Shown here piece after piece: positions 1-10,616 of a stretch of DNA of 64,000 nt. Position numbers and translations under genes: made by a program. The notes beneath the pieces were generated by a model. It did no database searches, was not told where the DNA came from, and worked only from the letters and a program-made list of their open reading frames with translations. This DNA comes from Arcobacteraceae bacterium. GTDB taxonomy: Bacteria; Campylobacterota; Campylobacteria; Campylobacterales; Arcobacteraceae. Within the stretch, counting starts at the first letter, position 1, and each line of letters begins with the position of its first letter. The DNA is taken from contig CBDCZH010000001.1 of the NCBI GenBank assembly GCA_965224485.1, positions 1 to 64,000 on the forward strand, written 5' to 3'.

Positions 1-369
1 TACAAAAGCTACATTTTTTGTAATATTATTTATGTTTATTTGCATTTCAATTACACCATGTCTTGGACCTCTTTTTATTCTTTTTTTTGATTGAATATGA
101 GTTATTTTTGCAAGAAGTTTTTTACCTTTAAAATCGGCTTCTATTTTTGAACCTACAAGGATTTCTTTAAATACCTTACCTTCTTTTGTAATTTCTGTAT
201 AAATAACTTTTTTACTGCTATCTTCTATTGCGTATTTAGAGCTAGTATATTCAGCCCATTTTAAAGTAACTTCTCCTTCTTGAGATAAAATACAACCCAT
301 TTTAGGTACTTTTGTTTCTGCTTGAACTAACATACTTACTAGTAATAATGAAAATAAAACTTTTAACAT
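1..369 (-). CDS. Secreted hypothetical protein, possibly YceI-like (3' end runs off the window)
   Basis: Not in the ORF track. Hand translation from ATG at 369 gives MLKVLFSLLLVSSMLVQAETKVPKMGCILSQEGEVTLKW..., with a signal peptide and an open frame to base 1. GGAGG-type SD upstream. The family call is from recalled similarity only. Confidence 0.6.
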   Translation of the reverse strand, partial: MLKVLFSLLLVSMLVQAETKVPKMGCILSQEGEVTLKWAEYTSSKYAIEDSSKKVIYTEITKEGKVFKEILVGSKIEADFKGKKLLAKITHIQSKKRIKRGPRHGVIEMQININNITKNVAFV

Positions 370-506
370 CTTTGATTCCTCCATATTTATTGATTTCAGA
401 ATTATTATAGCTAATTAATAATTTTTTCTTGTCTTATCTTAGCTTGTATAAGCTTCCTTATGTTATCTTAGGTATATAAAATATTAATTAAAAGAATTGA
501 GGAAAA

Positions 507-2066
507 ATGGAAATAGAAAAAACAGAATATAAATTAGGCCAGGATAACTTACAGAAATTTGGTTTAGATATGCATAATCCGGTATTTATTATAAGTGCTA
601 TACTTATTCTAGTATTTGTAATAGGTACTTTAGCTTCACCAAAAGAAGCAAAAGAACTTTTAGATGGAGCTAAGTGGTGGTCAATAAACAACTTTGATTG
701 GTTATTTATGTTATCTGGAAATATCTTTGTATTATTTTGCTTAGCTTTAGTTGTTCTACCAGTTGGTAAGATAAGACTTGGTGGAGATGATGCAAAAACA
801 GAATTTACAACTTTTGCATGGTTTTCAATGTTATTTTCAGCTGGTATGGGTATTGGACTTATGTATTGGTCTGTTGCTGAACCTGTTGCTTATTATACTG
901 GTTGGTGGCATACTCCTTTAAATGTTCTAGCAAGAACTCCTGAAGCAAAAGATTTAGCAATGGGTGCAACAATGTTTCATTGGGGTTTACATCCATGGGC
1001 TATTTATGCTGTTGTTGGTTTATCATTAGCTTTTTTTTCTTATAATAAAAAACTTCCATTAACTATGAGATCTGTATTTTACCCTCTTTTAAAAGAAAAA
1101 ATATGGGGGTGGCCAGGACATATAATTGATTTATTAGCTGTTTTTGCTACTATTTTTGGACTTGCTACTTCTTTGGGTTTAGGCTCTCAACAAGTTTCTG
1201 CTGGATTAAAATTTTTATTTGGTATTGAAAATGGAGTTAGTACTCAAATTATTATTATTGTAGTAATTACTTTATTAGCTGTTATTTCAGTAGTTAGAGG
1301 ATTAGAAGGTGGGGTAAAAGTATTAAGTAAATTTAATATTATTCTAGCACTATTCTTAGTAGTATTTTTAATTATTGTAGGACCAACTTTATTAATTATT
1401 ACTGGTATTGGAGTAACACTTAGTGATTATGCTTCTAATATTGTTGCTTTAAGTAATTTTATAGGTAGAGAAGATAGCCAATGGTATCATGGTTGGACTG
1501 TGTTTTATTGGGCTTGGTGGATAGCTTGGTCTCCTTTTGTGGGTATGTTTATTGCAAGAATTTCTAAAGGTAGAACAGTAAGAGAGTTTATTATTGCAGT
1601 TTTATTAATTCCTACTTTTGTAACTGCTGTTTGGATGAGTACTTTTGGATTAACTGCTTTAGATCAAGTTGTAAATAATGTAGGTGCACTGACAAATGGA
1701 ATTTCTGATAAATCTTTAGCAATGTTTCAAATGTTAGAGAACCTTCCTTTTTCAACTTTTACATCTTGTGTAGCTATTTTTTTAGTTATCATATTTTTTG
1801 TTACATCTTCTGATTCAGGTTCTTTAGTAATTGATAGTATTACTGCTGGTGGAAAACTTGATGCTCCTGTTGTACAAAGAGTTTTTTGGGCTGTGGCTGA
1901 AGGTTCTGTAGCTATTGCTTTATTATATGTAGGTGGTGCTGATGCTTTAAGTGCATTACAAGCTGGTTCTATTGCTACAGCCTTACCTTTTACTATAATA
2001 TTGTTAATAATGATTTATAGTCTTTATAAAGGTCTATTATCTGAATTAAAAATAAATAAAAATTAA
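507..2066 (+). CDS. BCCT family (betaine/carnitine/choline) transporter, probably glycine-betaine type
   Basis: Multi-TM protein with AGMGIGLMYW, FHWGLHPWAIY and WTVFYWAWWIAWSPF motifs. Confidence 0.95.
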   Translation: MEIEKTEYKLGQDNLQKFGLDMHNPVFIISAILILVFVIGTLASPKEAKELLDGAKWWSINNFDWLFMLSGNIFVLFCLALVVLPVGKIRLGGDDAKTEFTTFAWFSMLFSAGMGIGLMYWSVAEPVAYYTGWWHTPLNVLARTPEAKDLAMGATMFHWGLHPWAIYAVVGLSLAFFSYNKKLPLTMRSVFYPLLKEKIWGWPGHIIDLLAVFATIFGLATSLGLGSQQVSAGLKFLFGIENGVSTQIIIIVVITLLAVISVVRGLEGGVKVLSKFNIILALFLVVFLIIVGPTLLIITGIGVTLSDYASNIVALSNFIGREDSQWYHGWTVFYWAWWIAWSPFVGMFIARISKGRTVREFIIAVLLIPTFVTAVWMSTFGLTALDQVVNNVGALTNGISDKSLAMFQMLENLPFSTFTSCVAIFLVIIFFVTSSDSGSLVIDSITAGGKLDAPVVQRVFWAVAEGSVAIALLYVGGADALSALQAGSIATALPFTIILLIMIYSLYKGLLSELKINKN

Positions 2067-2086
2067 AGAATATATCTTATAAATAA

Positions 2087-2117
2087 CAAAGTAGTAAAAC
2101 TATATTTTACTACTTTG
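2087..2117 (+). terminator. Putative intrinsic terminator after the BCCT gene
   Basis: Perfect 13-bp inverted repeat CAAAGTAGTAAAA-ctata-TTTTACTACTTTG. Confidence 0.65.
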
Positions 2118-2287
2118 ATATATTTATTCTCCAAAGCTTAATATAAATATTTTCATACTAATTTTATAAGTATTTAGAGTCTTAATTACTTCTTAATATA
2201 TTATACTTTATTCTCTACACATAATATTAACAATAAGAAACTATAATTCTTTTATATAAATTAAAATAAATATTACTTAGGAAAAAA

Positions 2288-2782
2288 ATGAATAAAAAAA
2301 TAAAAAAATACATAAAAGAAATAATCATCTTCTTTTTTGCTTTATTTATACTTTCAAATGTTTTAAGTTATTATAAATCACTTACTTTAAATAAAAATAA
2401 TTTAGATATAGAAAGTTTTATTCTTCTTGATAATAGTAAATATATTGTAAAAAATGATAAACCTATAATTATTCACTTTTGGGCCTCTTGGTGTCCTACT
2501 TGTAAATTTGAAGCTGCTAATATAGAAAAAATTTCTAAAGATTATGAAGTTATCACTATAGCTGTTCAATCTGGAAATAAACAAAATATTCAAAAATATT
2601 TAGATGAACATAACTTATCTTTTAATGTAGTAAATGATGAGTATTCCCAGTATTTTAAAAAGTTTAAGATAAAAGCTTTTCCTACAACATTAATCTTTAA
2701 CAAGAATAAAGAATTAAAATTTACTGATGTTGGTTATATGACAAGTGCTGGTTTATATTCACGAATGTTTTTGCTTAAATAA
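2288..2782 (+). CDS. Membrane-anchored TlpA/redoxin-family thiol:disulfide oxidoreductase
   Basis: N-terminal TM helix, HFWASWCPTC active site, FPTT cis-Pro motif. Confidence 0.9.
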   Translation: MNKKIKKYIKEIIIFFFALFILSNVLSYYKSLTLNKNNLDIESFILLDNSKYIVKNDKPIIIHFWASWCPTCKFEAANIEKISKDYEVITIAVQSGNKQNIQKYLDEHNLSFNVVNDEYSQYFKKFKIKAFPTTLIFNKNKELKFTDVGYMTSAGLYSRMFLLK

Positions 2783-2829
2783 AAGAAATTTTAAAAGCTT
2801 ATTTATACTTTAAAAACCTCTTAAATTTT

Positions 2830-3714
2830 TTATATAAGAATGTACTTATTAATAGTAATATGTAGTTTTTGTATATCTGTTTTTTCTACAAAAGCATTAG
2901 CTCCTAAAGCTTTCATTTTTAAAGTAACTGAATTTGTAGACATTGAAGAGTTTACAATTACTGGGATATCTTGCATATCTGCTGTGTTTTTTATAAATTC
3001 AACAACTTCAAAACCATCAACATTTGGCATTTCTATATCTGTAATGATTAAACCAACATTAGATACAGAGTTTTCCTTTAACCAGTTTATTAAAAGTTCT
3101 CCATCATTAAATACTTTATAATTTGCTTTAATAGTAGCTAAAAATTCACTTATAACACTTCTTGCTACTTGTGAATCTTCAGCAATCAAAATCAATTTAT
3201 TAGAACGTAAAATTTTATTTTCATATTCATGAATAATATTACTTGTATTATTTTCTAAACCAATATCTTGCAAGAGTTGTTCTGCGTTAAAAACTGTACA
3301 TAACTCTTCTTTACCCTTGTAATTCGTATACATAGTATGTGTTACTTTAGAATCTCCATCAACTAAATGACTTAACTCTGATGTTTTTTTCTCTATAATA
3401 CTTACCATGTCCTTAACTAAAATAGCAATTCGTTTACGAGAGAATTCACAATATATAATAAGTTGATACTCACTTAATTCTAATTTTTCTAAACCTAACC
3501 AGCTATCTAAATTAAGTAACATAATTGGTTCAGAACGAATAGTTGCAATTCCAATAATTACATCACTTTGGCTTGGAGTATGATTAATCGTAATATCTGA
3601 TTTTATAATAAATGCTTTAATCTTAGCTACATTAATTGCATAAAGGCTATTTTGTCCTGTTAAAAATACAGCAAATTGATGTATTTGTTTATTTGAATTT
3701 AATTGATTTTTCAT
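2830..3714 (-). CDS. cheV: Chemotaxis protein CheV (CheW + receiver)
   Basis: CheW-like N-terminus (YAINVAKI) plus receiver domain (IAEDS, ITDIEMP, NSSM). Confidence 0.88.
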   Translation of the reverse strand: MKNQLNSNKQIHQFAVFLTGQNSLYAINVAKIKAFIIKSDITINHTPSQSDVIIGIATIRSEPIMLLNLDSWLGLEKLELSEYQLIIYCEFSRKRIAILVKDMVSIIEKKTSELSHLVDGDSKVTHTMYTNYKGKEELCTVFNAEQLLQDIGLENNTSNIIHEYENKILRSNKLILIAEDSQVARSVISEFLATIKANYKVFNDGELLINWLKENSVSNVGLIITDIEMPNVDGFEVVEFIKNTADMQDIPVIVNSSMSTNSVTLKMKALGANAFVEKTDIQKLHITINKYILI

Positions 3715-3911
3715 ATATACTCCTATGATTTCTTTTAAAAAATAACTAAAACTAACTAAAAATAATAAATTGCTAGTATTATATAGTAAAAAAATAATTT
3801 CTTATTTAATAAATGAATAAAATTTACAATTTTAAATTTATTTTCTATTTCTTTTTTAATTTCATAATTTTTTATATTAAAATCAATCTATATTTCACTG
3901 TTTTTTGTTGC

Positions 3912-4294
3912 TTAAATATTTATAAGTATTTTAAATTCAACACCTTTATTTTCTTTACTTATGCAGGTAATACTACCATCTAAATTAGAAGTAATGATAT
4001 TATATATTATATTTAAACCTAACCCTGAACCACCATTATCTCTGTTTGTTGTAAAAAATGGATCAAATATTTTATTTAAATTTTCTTTTTTTATACCTTT
4101 GCCATTATCTCTATAAATAATTTGTAACTCTTTGTTTTTTTTAGTAATTTCAATACTAATTTTACCTTTTTCTTTTTGCTTAAATCCATGAACTATTGAA
4201 TTCATTATTAAGTTTGTAATAATTTGAGAATAGGCTCCTGGGTAAGAATCTATATTAATATTTTTTTGACATATAATATTTATATCAAGATTTG
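3912..4294 (-). CDS. C-terminal HATPase_c part of the upstream sensor kinase (separated by a frameshift)
   Basis: NLIMNSIVHG, DNGKGI, FDPFFTT and GSGLGL boxes. It joins the upstream ORF in frame if one base is removed from the T9 run at 4295-4303. Confidence 0.85.
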
Positions 4295-7200
4295 TTTTTT
4301 TTTGTAACAGAATAAATACTTTGTAAAACTTCACTTATATAATCTTTTATATTAAAGAATCTTTTTTCTTCGCTGCTTTGATCAACTGCCACTTGTTTAA
4401 ATGAACGAACAAGAGAAGCAGCTTTTTCTAAATTCTTATGAACTAAAGAACTTAAATCATTTGTTGTTTTTAAATACTCTTCAAACTCTTCTTGGCTCAT
4501 ATCTTCATTTTTATATTTTAAAAGAATTTCTTTTGTGCTATCTTCTAAATGTGATATTCCTGTTAATCCAATTCCAACAGGTGTATTTATCTCATGGGCA
4601 ACACCAGCTACTAAACCACCTAGCGCAGCCATCTTTTCTGCATCAATTAATTTTGCTTGTGTTTGATTTAGATTTGATATTGTTGTTTGTAACTCTTCAT
4701 TTGAGTTTTCTAATTCTTCATTTGAATATTCTAAATCTTTAGCTTTTTTTTGAATTTCATTTTCTAAAAATTTTCTATTTGAAATATCTCTGGAAATTGA
4801 ATAAATCAAGTTTCTATTATTTGTTTTTATTTGAATTAATATAATATTTACCCAAAACTCTTCTCCAGTTATTTTTAAGGCTAATCTTTCAAAAGTAGCA
4901 TAATTATTTTTTTTACATAGTGTTAAATATTTTTGATAAATTTCTTGGGAATTATCTCCATTTGGTTGTATCTTTGGAGCAAGTGAGCCAATTTTAAAGG
5001 TTTTGAAAAATTTTACATCTTTAATATTATACATTTGTAATAAAGAGTAGTTCGTATTAATAATTTTATCATCTTCTAATAATAATAAACCATCAGATGT
5101 TCCTGTAAATAAAGCTTCAAATAAATCTTTTTGTTCTTGTATCTTTAACTCTAAAGCTTTACTTTCACTAATATCTCTACATAACATATGAATTATATCT
5201 TCATTTGAATATTTAAGTTTTGTAAGTACTATTTCAACCCAAAATATCGTACCAGATAATTTTTTACTTTGCCAATTAAATCTTTCTGTTCCATTTTTAT
5301 AACAATTGTTTAAGTGTATTTCCATTTGAAGGGTTGAGAGTACATTATTCTTTTGATATTTTGGTGCTAGTGTTCCTGGTGACATTTCTATAAATTCTTT
5401 TTTACTCTTATATTCAAATAATTTAAGTAAAGAATTATTCACATCCATATATTTACCATCTTTTGCTAAAATAACAGGGTCTGCTGTATCTGAAAATAAG
5501 GTTTTAAATTTTTTCTTTTCAATTTCAATTTCTTTTTTTGCATGATTTAATTTTTGCATAAAATAAAGAATAATAATAAGAATGATTAAAAAGATAAAAA
5601 CCATATAATAAATGATTGTATAATCAACTGCTGTATTAATTTTAACTTTAAGCCATCTATCACGTATTTTGTTCTTTTCTTGATAAGTAATTGAGTTAAA
5701 AACTTTATTAATAATAGATATTAATTCTGGATAATCTTTTTTGACTAAAAGGTGATGTTTAAATTTTAGTTTACTAACTCCTACTATTTTTAAATCTTTA
5801 AAATCATTTTGTATATTATAAACAGCAATTGCTTCATGACCTACAAAAGCAAAAGCTTTGTTTAACGAGACAAGTTTAAGTGCTTCATTGATAGTTTTTG
5901 TTGGAATTATTTTTATTTTTGGGTATTTATTTTTAATTAAATTATAAGAAGTATAAAACTTAGGAATTGCAACAGTTTTATTTTCTAATTCACTTAAATC
6001 ACTAATAAAAGAGCCCTTAGAATTTCTAACTATTGCGAAAGAAAAAGTAGTATATTGTGAAGATACCAGACCAATTTTTTTATACTCGTTATTATCATCT
6101 ATTCCTGGAATTAAATCTATTTCATTGTTTTTTAATTTATTTAATACTTCACTCCACGACTGCGCTTTTACATATTTAAAATGTAAGGTACTTTTTTCTT
6201 CTATTATATTTAAATAATCAGATATTAAACCAGTAAATTTATTATTTTCAATAATAGATAAAGGTTTCCAATTGATTTCTGAAAATTTAATTATTGGATG
6301 TTTAGCAATAAACTCTTTTTCTCTTTTTGTGAATGCTATTTTTTTTTCTAAATATTTAAAATCTTTATATTTACTTTTTATATATGAATATGACTTAAGA
6401 TTGTCAAACAAAAAAAGTTTTGGAATAAGTTTAAGGTTATGTGTTGCATTTAATAATTTCTTATTATTAAAAGAAACTTTTATATGTCCTACTTTACTGT
6501 TAATATTTAGTATATTATGGTTCACATCATGTTTTATAAAAGTATCATATTTTTTATTTGAACTTGAATATAATAATTTATTTGAATAAACTTCAATCTT
6601 ATTTATATAATCAAGTTTAGAAAATATATTAAGTATATTCTTAAGTTCTTTTTTATCTTCTTCAAATATAAACTTTCCTAAAAGTGAAGATAACAAGTTA
6701 AGTATCTCAATTTTTGATGAAATATTTGTTTTAATATATTTATTAAAAATATTTACATATTCACCTGTTTTTTTGATTTGGGAAAGGTTTTTATTAAATA
6801 AATTTCTTAATTGTTTATTTTTAAATTCAAAATTTATAGATTTTGTTTTTGGCAAAATATAAGAAATATCAAAATCCTTAATATTATAAATGCTATGTTG
6901 TTTTAAATGCCATTTAAATATATTTATAGGTAGAATTATTATCTCAACATCGTTATTTAAAAAACTTTGTATAATTTTTTCATATGTATCTTCTTCTAGA
7001 TAAATATTGGGTCTATGTAATGGATTAAATAAATCATAATATGTATTTCCAAATATTTTATAAGAATTGTTAAAAGCTAATATTCTTTTATTTTTTAAAT
7101 CTTTTATTTTTTTGATAGAAAAGTTATCAACTTTTTTTGATACTATTATATTCTTAAAATCAATTAAAGAATCGGAATAATATGATTCTAGATTAATCTT

Positions 7201-9597
7201 ATTTGTACTATTGTCATTTTCTTTTAAATCTAAATCTAAATCTAAATCTTTTATGGAAAAATTATCAATATTTTTAGAAATTATGGCACTATTAATACTA
7301 ATATTACTTTTTGAAAATATTAAATCAATTAAATCATACTCAATTCCTTTTAAATATTTTTTGTTTATGACGTAAGGTTCTTTTTCACTTTTTAAAATAA
7401 TATTTAATTTGTCTTTCCTTTTTTTTATACTTGACCATTTTGAAATAATTTCATTTCTTTCTTGATATGATATAGAATAAAGTGATTTTTCTAAAATTGA
7501 GTTTAATAATATATTGTCTTTTTGTGAAAATATTCTTATTTTTTCATCAATAATTTCTCTTTGATAAATTATCTTTAATGAGTTTATAAATAGTTCATCT
7601 AACATATAGTTTATATTTAATTCAAAAGCATACAAAGCATCAACCTTATTACTTTCTAATAATTTGTATGATTCTTTTAGTCCTTTTGTTTGTACAATTA
7701 TTATATTTGGATAACGTTCTTTGATCCTTGTTATTGTAGAAGAAGCTTCTTGAATTGCTAGTTTTTTATAGTTTAGGTCTTTAAAAGATTTAATTGACGT
7801 ATTAGATAGCTTTACATAAATTTTAGTTTTATTATTTAAATAACTTTGAGTGAACAAACCATGTTTTAATCTCTGCTTTGTTAAAACTGTACTTGGTAAA
7901 ATATCTATTTGTTTGTTTCTAAAATCTTCTTGAAGTTGATTCCATTGTCCTTTTTTTATCTTAAATTTTAAAGAAGATATTTTTTTTATTCTTTCTAGAA
8001 TATCTCCTGTAATACCTCCAATACTATTTCTATTATCAGAAAAAACCACTGGTTTCCAGTCATCAACCCCTATAATTAATTCTGGTGCATTTTTAATATA
8101 ATTTTGCTCTTCTTTTGTAAAAATACTTTCTTTTATGTTTTGAGTTACCCATTTTTTTTCTAAAGTACGTAAAAAATCCTTACCTAATGAAGAAATGGCT
8201 ATATTAAATATCTCAGATAAAACTATATTTTTTTTAGCAGTTACAAGAGAAAAAGTTCCTTCCTTAGAATAAATTATTTTAGAAACTTTCAAATTATATT
8301 GTTTTAATAATTCCTTATTAAGAGTTTCAATTAAAAAGAAATCTCCTTCTTTTGTTTTTGTTTTTTTTAGTCTATCTATTGATTCTTCAACAACTAGAAA
8401 TTTAACATTTTTATTTTTATTTTTAATTATAGTATTTGAGATATTATTTTTAATTGTAATTGCTATTTTATTTTCAATGTCATCTAAACTTTTAATACTA
8501 TCATCATCATCTCTTGTAATTAAATGAAAAGGGGAATAATGATAAGGAGGAGAATAATTAAAATATGTATCTCTTTTTTTTGACCACGATAAGCCAAAAA
8601 TACCGGCTACTTTTGCATTTTTCGTATCTTCAAAAGATTTACTCCAAGAAGAATAAACTTTAAATTTTATGTTTGTATCTAATATCTTGTTTATTTTTTT
8701 TAATAAGTCAACATGAAAACCTTCAAGTTCATTGTTCTGGTTTTTATAAGAAAAGTTTTTCCAATTATCAATTGTTGCAATCTTAAGATTAGGGTTATTT
8801 TGTAAAAATTCTTTTTGACTTTTACTTAATAAGTTTTTTTGACTAGTTTTTTTTGAATATAATCTTAAATCTTTATTTATAATCCATTTCTTTTCTAATG
8901 CAATCATATCTTTGTTTGTAATTAGTTTTAAACCTTTTTGAACTATATTCTTTAATTCTTGATCCTCTTTTATAACAGCTGCATAAAAATCTTCTTGAAT
9001 AATAAAATCATCTAAGGTTTTAATTTTATTATATGAAAAATATCTTATTATGTTCATCCAAATTATTAATGAGTCATCAATAAAAGAATCAACTTCCTTA
9101 TTGTTAAAAGCTGTGTGTAAATCTTCATAGGTATTAAAAGTTTTTAATTTTATATTTGGGTACTTTTCTTTAAAAAAACTAGCATAATAGGTGTCTTTTA
9201 AAAAAGCTAAAGTTTTATTATCTAAATCTTTTATGCTATTAATATTTTCTTTGTTTCTTATATAAATAGTTGAAATTGATGAGTATACTTTATCAAGATA
9301 TACCATGTCTTTATTTCTTTGTTTCGTAAAAAAAAGACCTGAATGTATATCAACTTCTTTATTTTTAATAGCGCTTAATGTTTGACTCCAAGAACTAGGT
9401 ACAAAAGTAATATCAATTCCCGTTCTTTTAGACCATAAACGCCAATAATCTATTAAGATACCTTCTAGTTTATTATTTTTATTTAAATAAGAATAGGGTG
9501 CTAAATCATTAGAAACAGCTATTCTAAGTGTTTTTGCATATAAACTAGTATTTAAAAAAATTATTAGTAAAAATAATACTTTAATAAATATAGACAT
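4285..9597 (-). CDS. Giant sensor histidine kinase: about 5 periplasmic substrate-binding (SBP_bac_3-like) domains, TM, 2 PAS-like domains, HisKA; frameshifted before the HATPase
   Basis: Signal peptide, repeated PBP segments (LAPYSY, WKNFSY, WKPVVF, KEPYV, WKPLSI), TM helix near residue 1335-1352, FWVEI/FWVNI PAS motifs, AGVAHEINTP H-box. Confidence 0.88.
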   Translation of the reverse strand: MSIFIKVLFLLIIFLNTSLYAKTLRIAVSNDLAPYSYLNKNNKLEGILIDYWRLWSKRTGIDITFVPSSWSQTLSAIKNKEVDIHSGLFFTKQRNKDMVYLDKVYSSISTIYIRNKENINSIKDLDNKTLAFLKDTYYASFFKEKYPNIKLKTFNTYEDLHTAFNNKEVDSFIDDSLIIWMNIIRYFSYNKIKTLDDFIIQEDFYAAVIKEDQELKNIVQKGLKLITNKDMIALEKKWIINKDLRLYSKKTSQKNLLSKSQKEFLQNNPNLKIATIDNWKNFSYKNQNNELEGFHVDLLKKINKILDTNIKFKVYSSWSKSFEDTKNAKVAGIFGLSWSKKRDTYFNYSPPYHYSPFHLITRDDDDSIKSLDDIENKIAITIKNNISNTIIKNKNKNVKFLVVEESIDRLKKTKTKEGDFFLIETLNKELLKQYNLKVSKIIYSKEGTFSLVTAKKNIVLSEIFNIAISSLGKDFLRTLEKKWVTQNIKESIFTKEEQNYIKNAPELIIGVDDWKPVVFSDNRNSIGGITGDILERIKKISSLKFKIKKGQWNQLQEDFRNKQIDILPSTVLTKQRLKHGLFTQSYLNNKTKIYVKLSNTSIKSFKDLNYKKLAIQEASSTITRIKERYPNIIIVQTKGLKESYKLLESNKVDALYAFELNINYMLDELFINSLKIIYQREIIDEKIRIFSQKDNILLNSILEKSLYSISYQERNEIISKWSSIKKRKDKLNIILKSEKEPYVINKKYLKGIEYDLIDLIFSKSNISINSAIISKNIDNFSIKDLDLDLDLKENDNSTNKINLESYYSDSLIDFKNIIVSKKVDNFSIKKIKDLKNKRILAFNNSYKIFGNTYYDLFNPLHRPNIYLEEDTYEKIIQSFLNNDVEIIILPINIFKWHLKQHSIYNIKDFDISYILPKTKSINFEFKNKQLRNLFNKNLSQIKKTGEYVNIFNKYIKTNISSKIEILNLLSSLLGKFIFEEDKKELKNILNIFSKLDYINKIEVYSNKLLYSSSNKKYDTFIKHDVNHNILNINSKVGHIKVSFNNKKLLNATHNLKLIPKLFLFDNLKSYSYIKSKYKDFKYLEKKIAFTKREKEFIAKHPIIKFSEINWKPLSIIENNKFTGLISDYLNIIEEKSTLHFKYVKAQSWSEVLNKLKNNEIDLIPGIDDNNEYKKIGLVSSQYTTFSFAIVRNSKGSFISDLSELENKTVAIPKFYTSYNLIKNKYPKIKIIPTKTINEALKLVSLNKAFAFVGHEAIAVYNIQNDFKDLKIVGVSKLKFKHHLLVKKDYPELISIINKVFNSITYQEKNKIRDRWLKVKINTAVDYTIIYYMVFIFLIILIIILYFMQKLNHAKKEIEIEKKKFKTLFSDTADPVILAKDGKYMDVNNSLLKLFEYKSKKEFIEMSPGTLAPKYQKNNVLSTLQMEIHLNNCYKNGTERFNWQSKKLSGTIFWVEIVLTKLKYSNEDIIHMLCRDISESKALELKIQEQKDLFEALFTGTSDGLLLLEDDKIINTNYSLLQMYNIKDVKFFKTFKIGSLAPKIQPNGDNSQEIYQKYLTLCKKNNYATFERLALKITGEEFWVNIILIQIKTNNRNLIYSISRDISNRKFLENEIQKKAKDLEYSNEELENSNEELQTTISNLNQTQAKLIDAEKMAALGGLVAGVAHEINTPVGIGLTGISHLEDSTKEILLKYKNEDMSQEEFEEYLKTTNDLSSLVHKNLEKAASLVRSFKQVAVDQSSEEKRFFNIKDYISEVLQSIYSVTKKNKS
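7225..7248. repeat. In-frame hexamer tandem repeat (TAAATC)x4 encoding DLDLDLDL in the kinase
   Basis: Read directly from the sequence. Confidence 0.7.
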
Positions 9598-9876
9598 AGT
9601 TTTTCCTTATGAAGTTATTATAATTAGAAAAGTTCATTTTTCTCTTTCCTCTTATATGTAACTTTAGTAATTAATCTATATATTATAATATATAAAATTA
9701 TATTTAACTTTATTAGACTTTTTAGAAAATATCTATTTTATAATTTTTCTAAACAAATTATTTCTTTTGATTACTAAAAAAATAATTAAACAAATAATCT
9801 AAAAAGATATTTAATTAATCTTACATTTTATTTAAGTAGAATGCAATATAATTATACAGATACAAAAGGAATAGTA

Positions 9877-10359
9877 TTGAAATTTGAAACAGCAGATATA
9901 TGTGATGATAATCAAGATAAAAAAATCCAAGTTTTAGCTCCTGAGTTTATAAATTATGGTGGTTTAAAAGAGTGCCATGGAAAAATTGTAACAATTAAAC
10001 TTGATAAGAGTAACTGGAGATTGTTAGAGTTATTAAGAGATGAAGATGGAGAGGGAAGAGTTGTTGTAGTTGAGAATGCAAAATATTTTTATGGTGTTAT
10101 TGGTGATAAACTTATGGCATTTGCTAAAAATAATAACTGGAAAGCAATAATTTTAAATGGGTATGTACGAGATTGTAAGTATACAAAGGATATAGATGTA
10201 GCTTTATATGCAATTGGTACCTGTCCTTTAAGAAATTTTGAAAAAACTGAATCTTCGAGAGGTGTTCAGCTTAGTTTTGGTGGAGTTACTTTTAATGATG
10301 GAGATTATTTATATGCAGATAGTGATGGTGTTATTGTTAGCTCAACTAAACTTATTTAA
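9877..10359 (+). CDS. rraA: RraA-family protein (HMG aldolase/oxaloacetate decarboxylase-like)
   Basis: TADICD, VIGDKL and GYVRD motifs. The likely start is TTG at 9877 after an AAGGA SD, rather than ATG 9841. Confidence 0.88.
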   Translation: MKFETADICDDNQDKKIQVLAPEFINYGGLKECHGKIVTIKLDKSNWRLLELLRDEDGEGRVVVVENAKYFYGVIGDKLMAFAKNNNWKAIILNGYVRDCKYTKDIDVALYAIGTCPLRNFEKTESSRGVQLSFGGVTFNDGDYLYADSDGVIVSSTKLI

Positions 10360-10379
10360 AATTTCTAAAAAATTATAAG

Positions 10380-10401
10380 GTAAAAAATAGTTATTTTTTA
10401 C
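10380..10401 (+). terminator. Putative terminator after rraA
   Basis: GTAAAAAATA-gt-TATTTTTTAC inverted repeat followed by T-rich sequence. Confidence 0.45.
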
Positions 10402-10616
10402 TTTATCCTTTATTTTATCCTTCATTTATAATTATTTTTAATAAAATCTTATTTTAAATTGTATATAAAGTATTATTTTAATATTATATTTTTTTAAAAT
10501 TAAATTAAGTATTTAATTTAGTTTCTAAAATATAAGTATTCAATATTGTCTATGCTAATTAAATATTAAAATGTATAGGAAATATTAAATAATATTTTTT
10601 AAAGGAGTGTTTAAAA

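Noticed and set aside
3912..4334. Stand-alone 140-aa HATPase gene as given in the track
   Set aside because: Its first residues are out-of-frame overlap. It is the C-terminus of the upstream kinase, split by the A9 run.
9841..9876. N-terminal extension of RraA from ATG 9841
   Set aside because: This stretch contains the likely -10 (TATAAT) and SD (AAGGA), so TTG 9877 is the better start.
10402..10422. TTTATCCTT direct repeat before a TATAAT upstream of the DUF3100 operon
   Set aside because: It has a 12-bp period, overlaps the terminator tail and has no second occurrence; plausible by chance.
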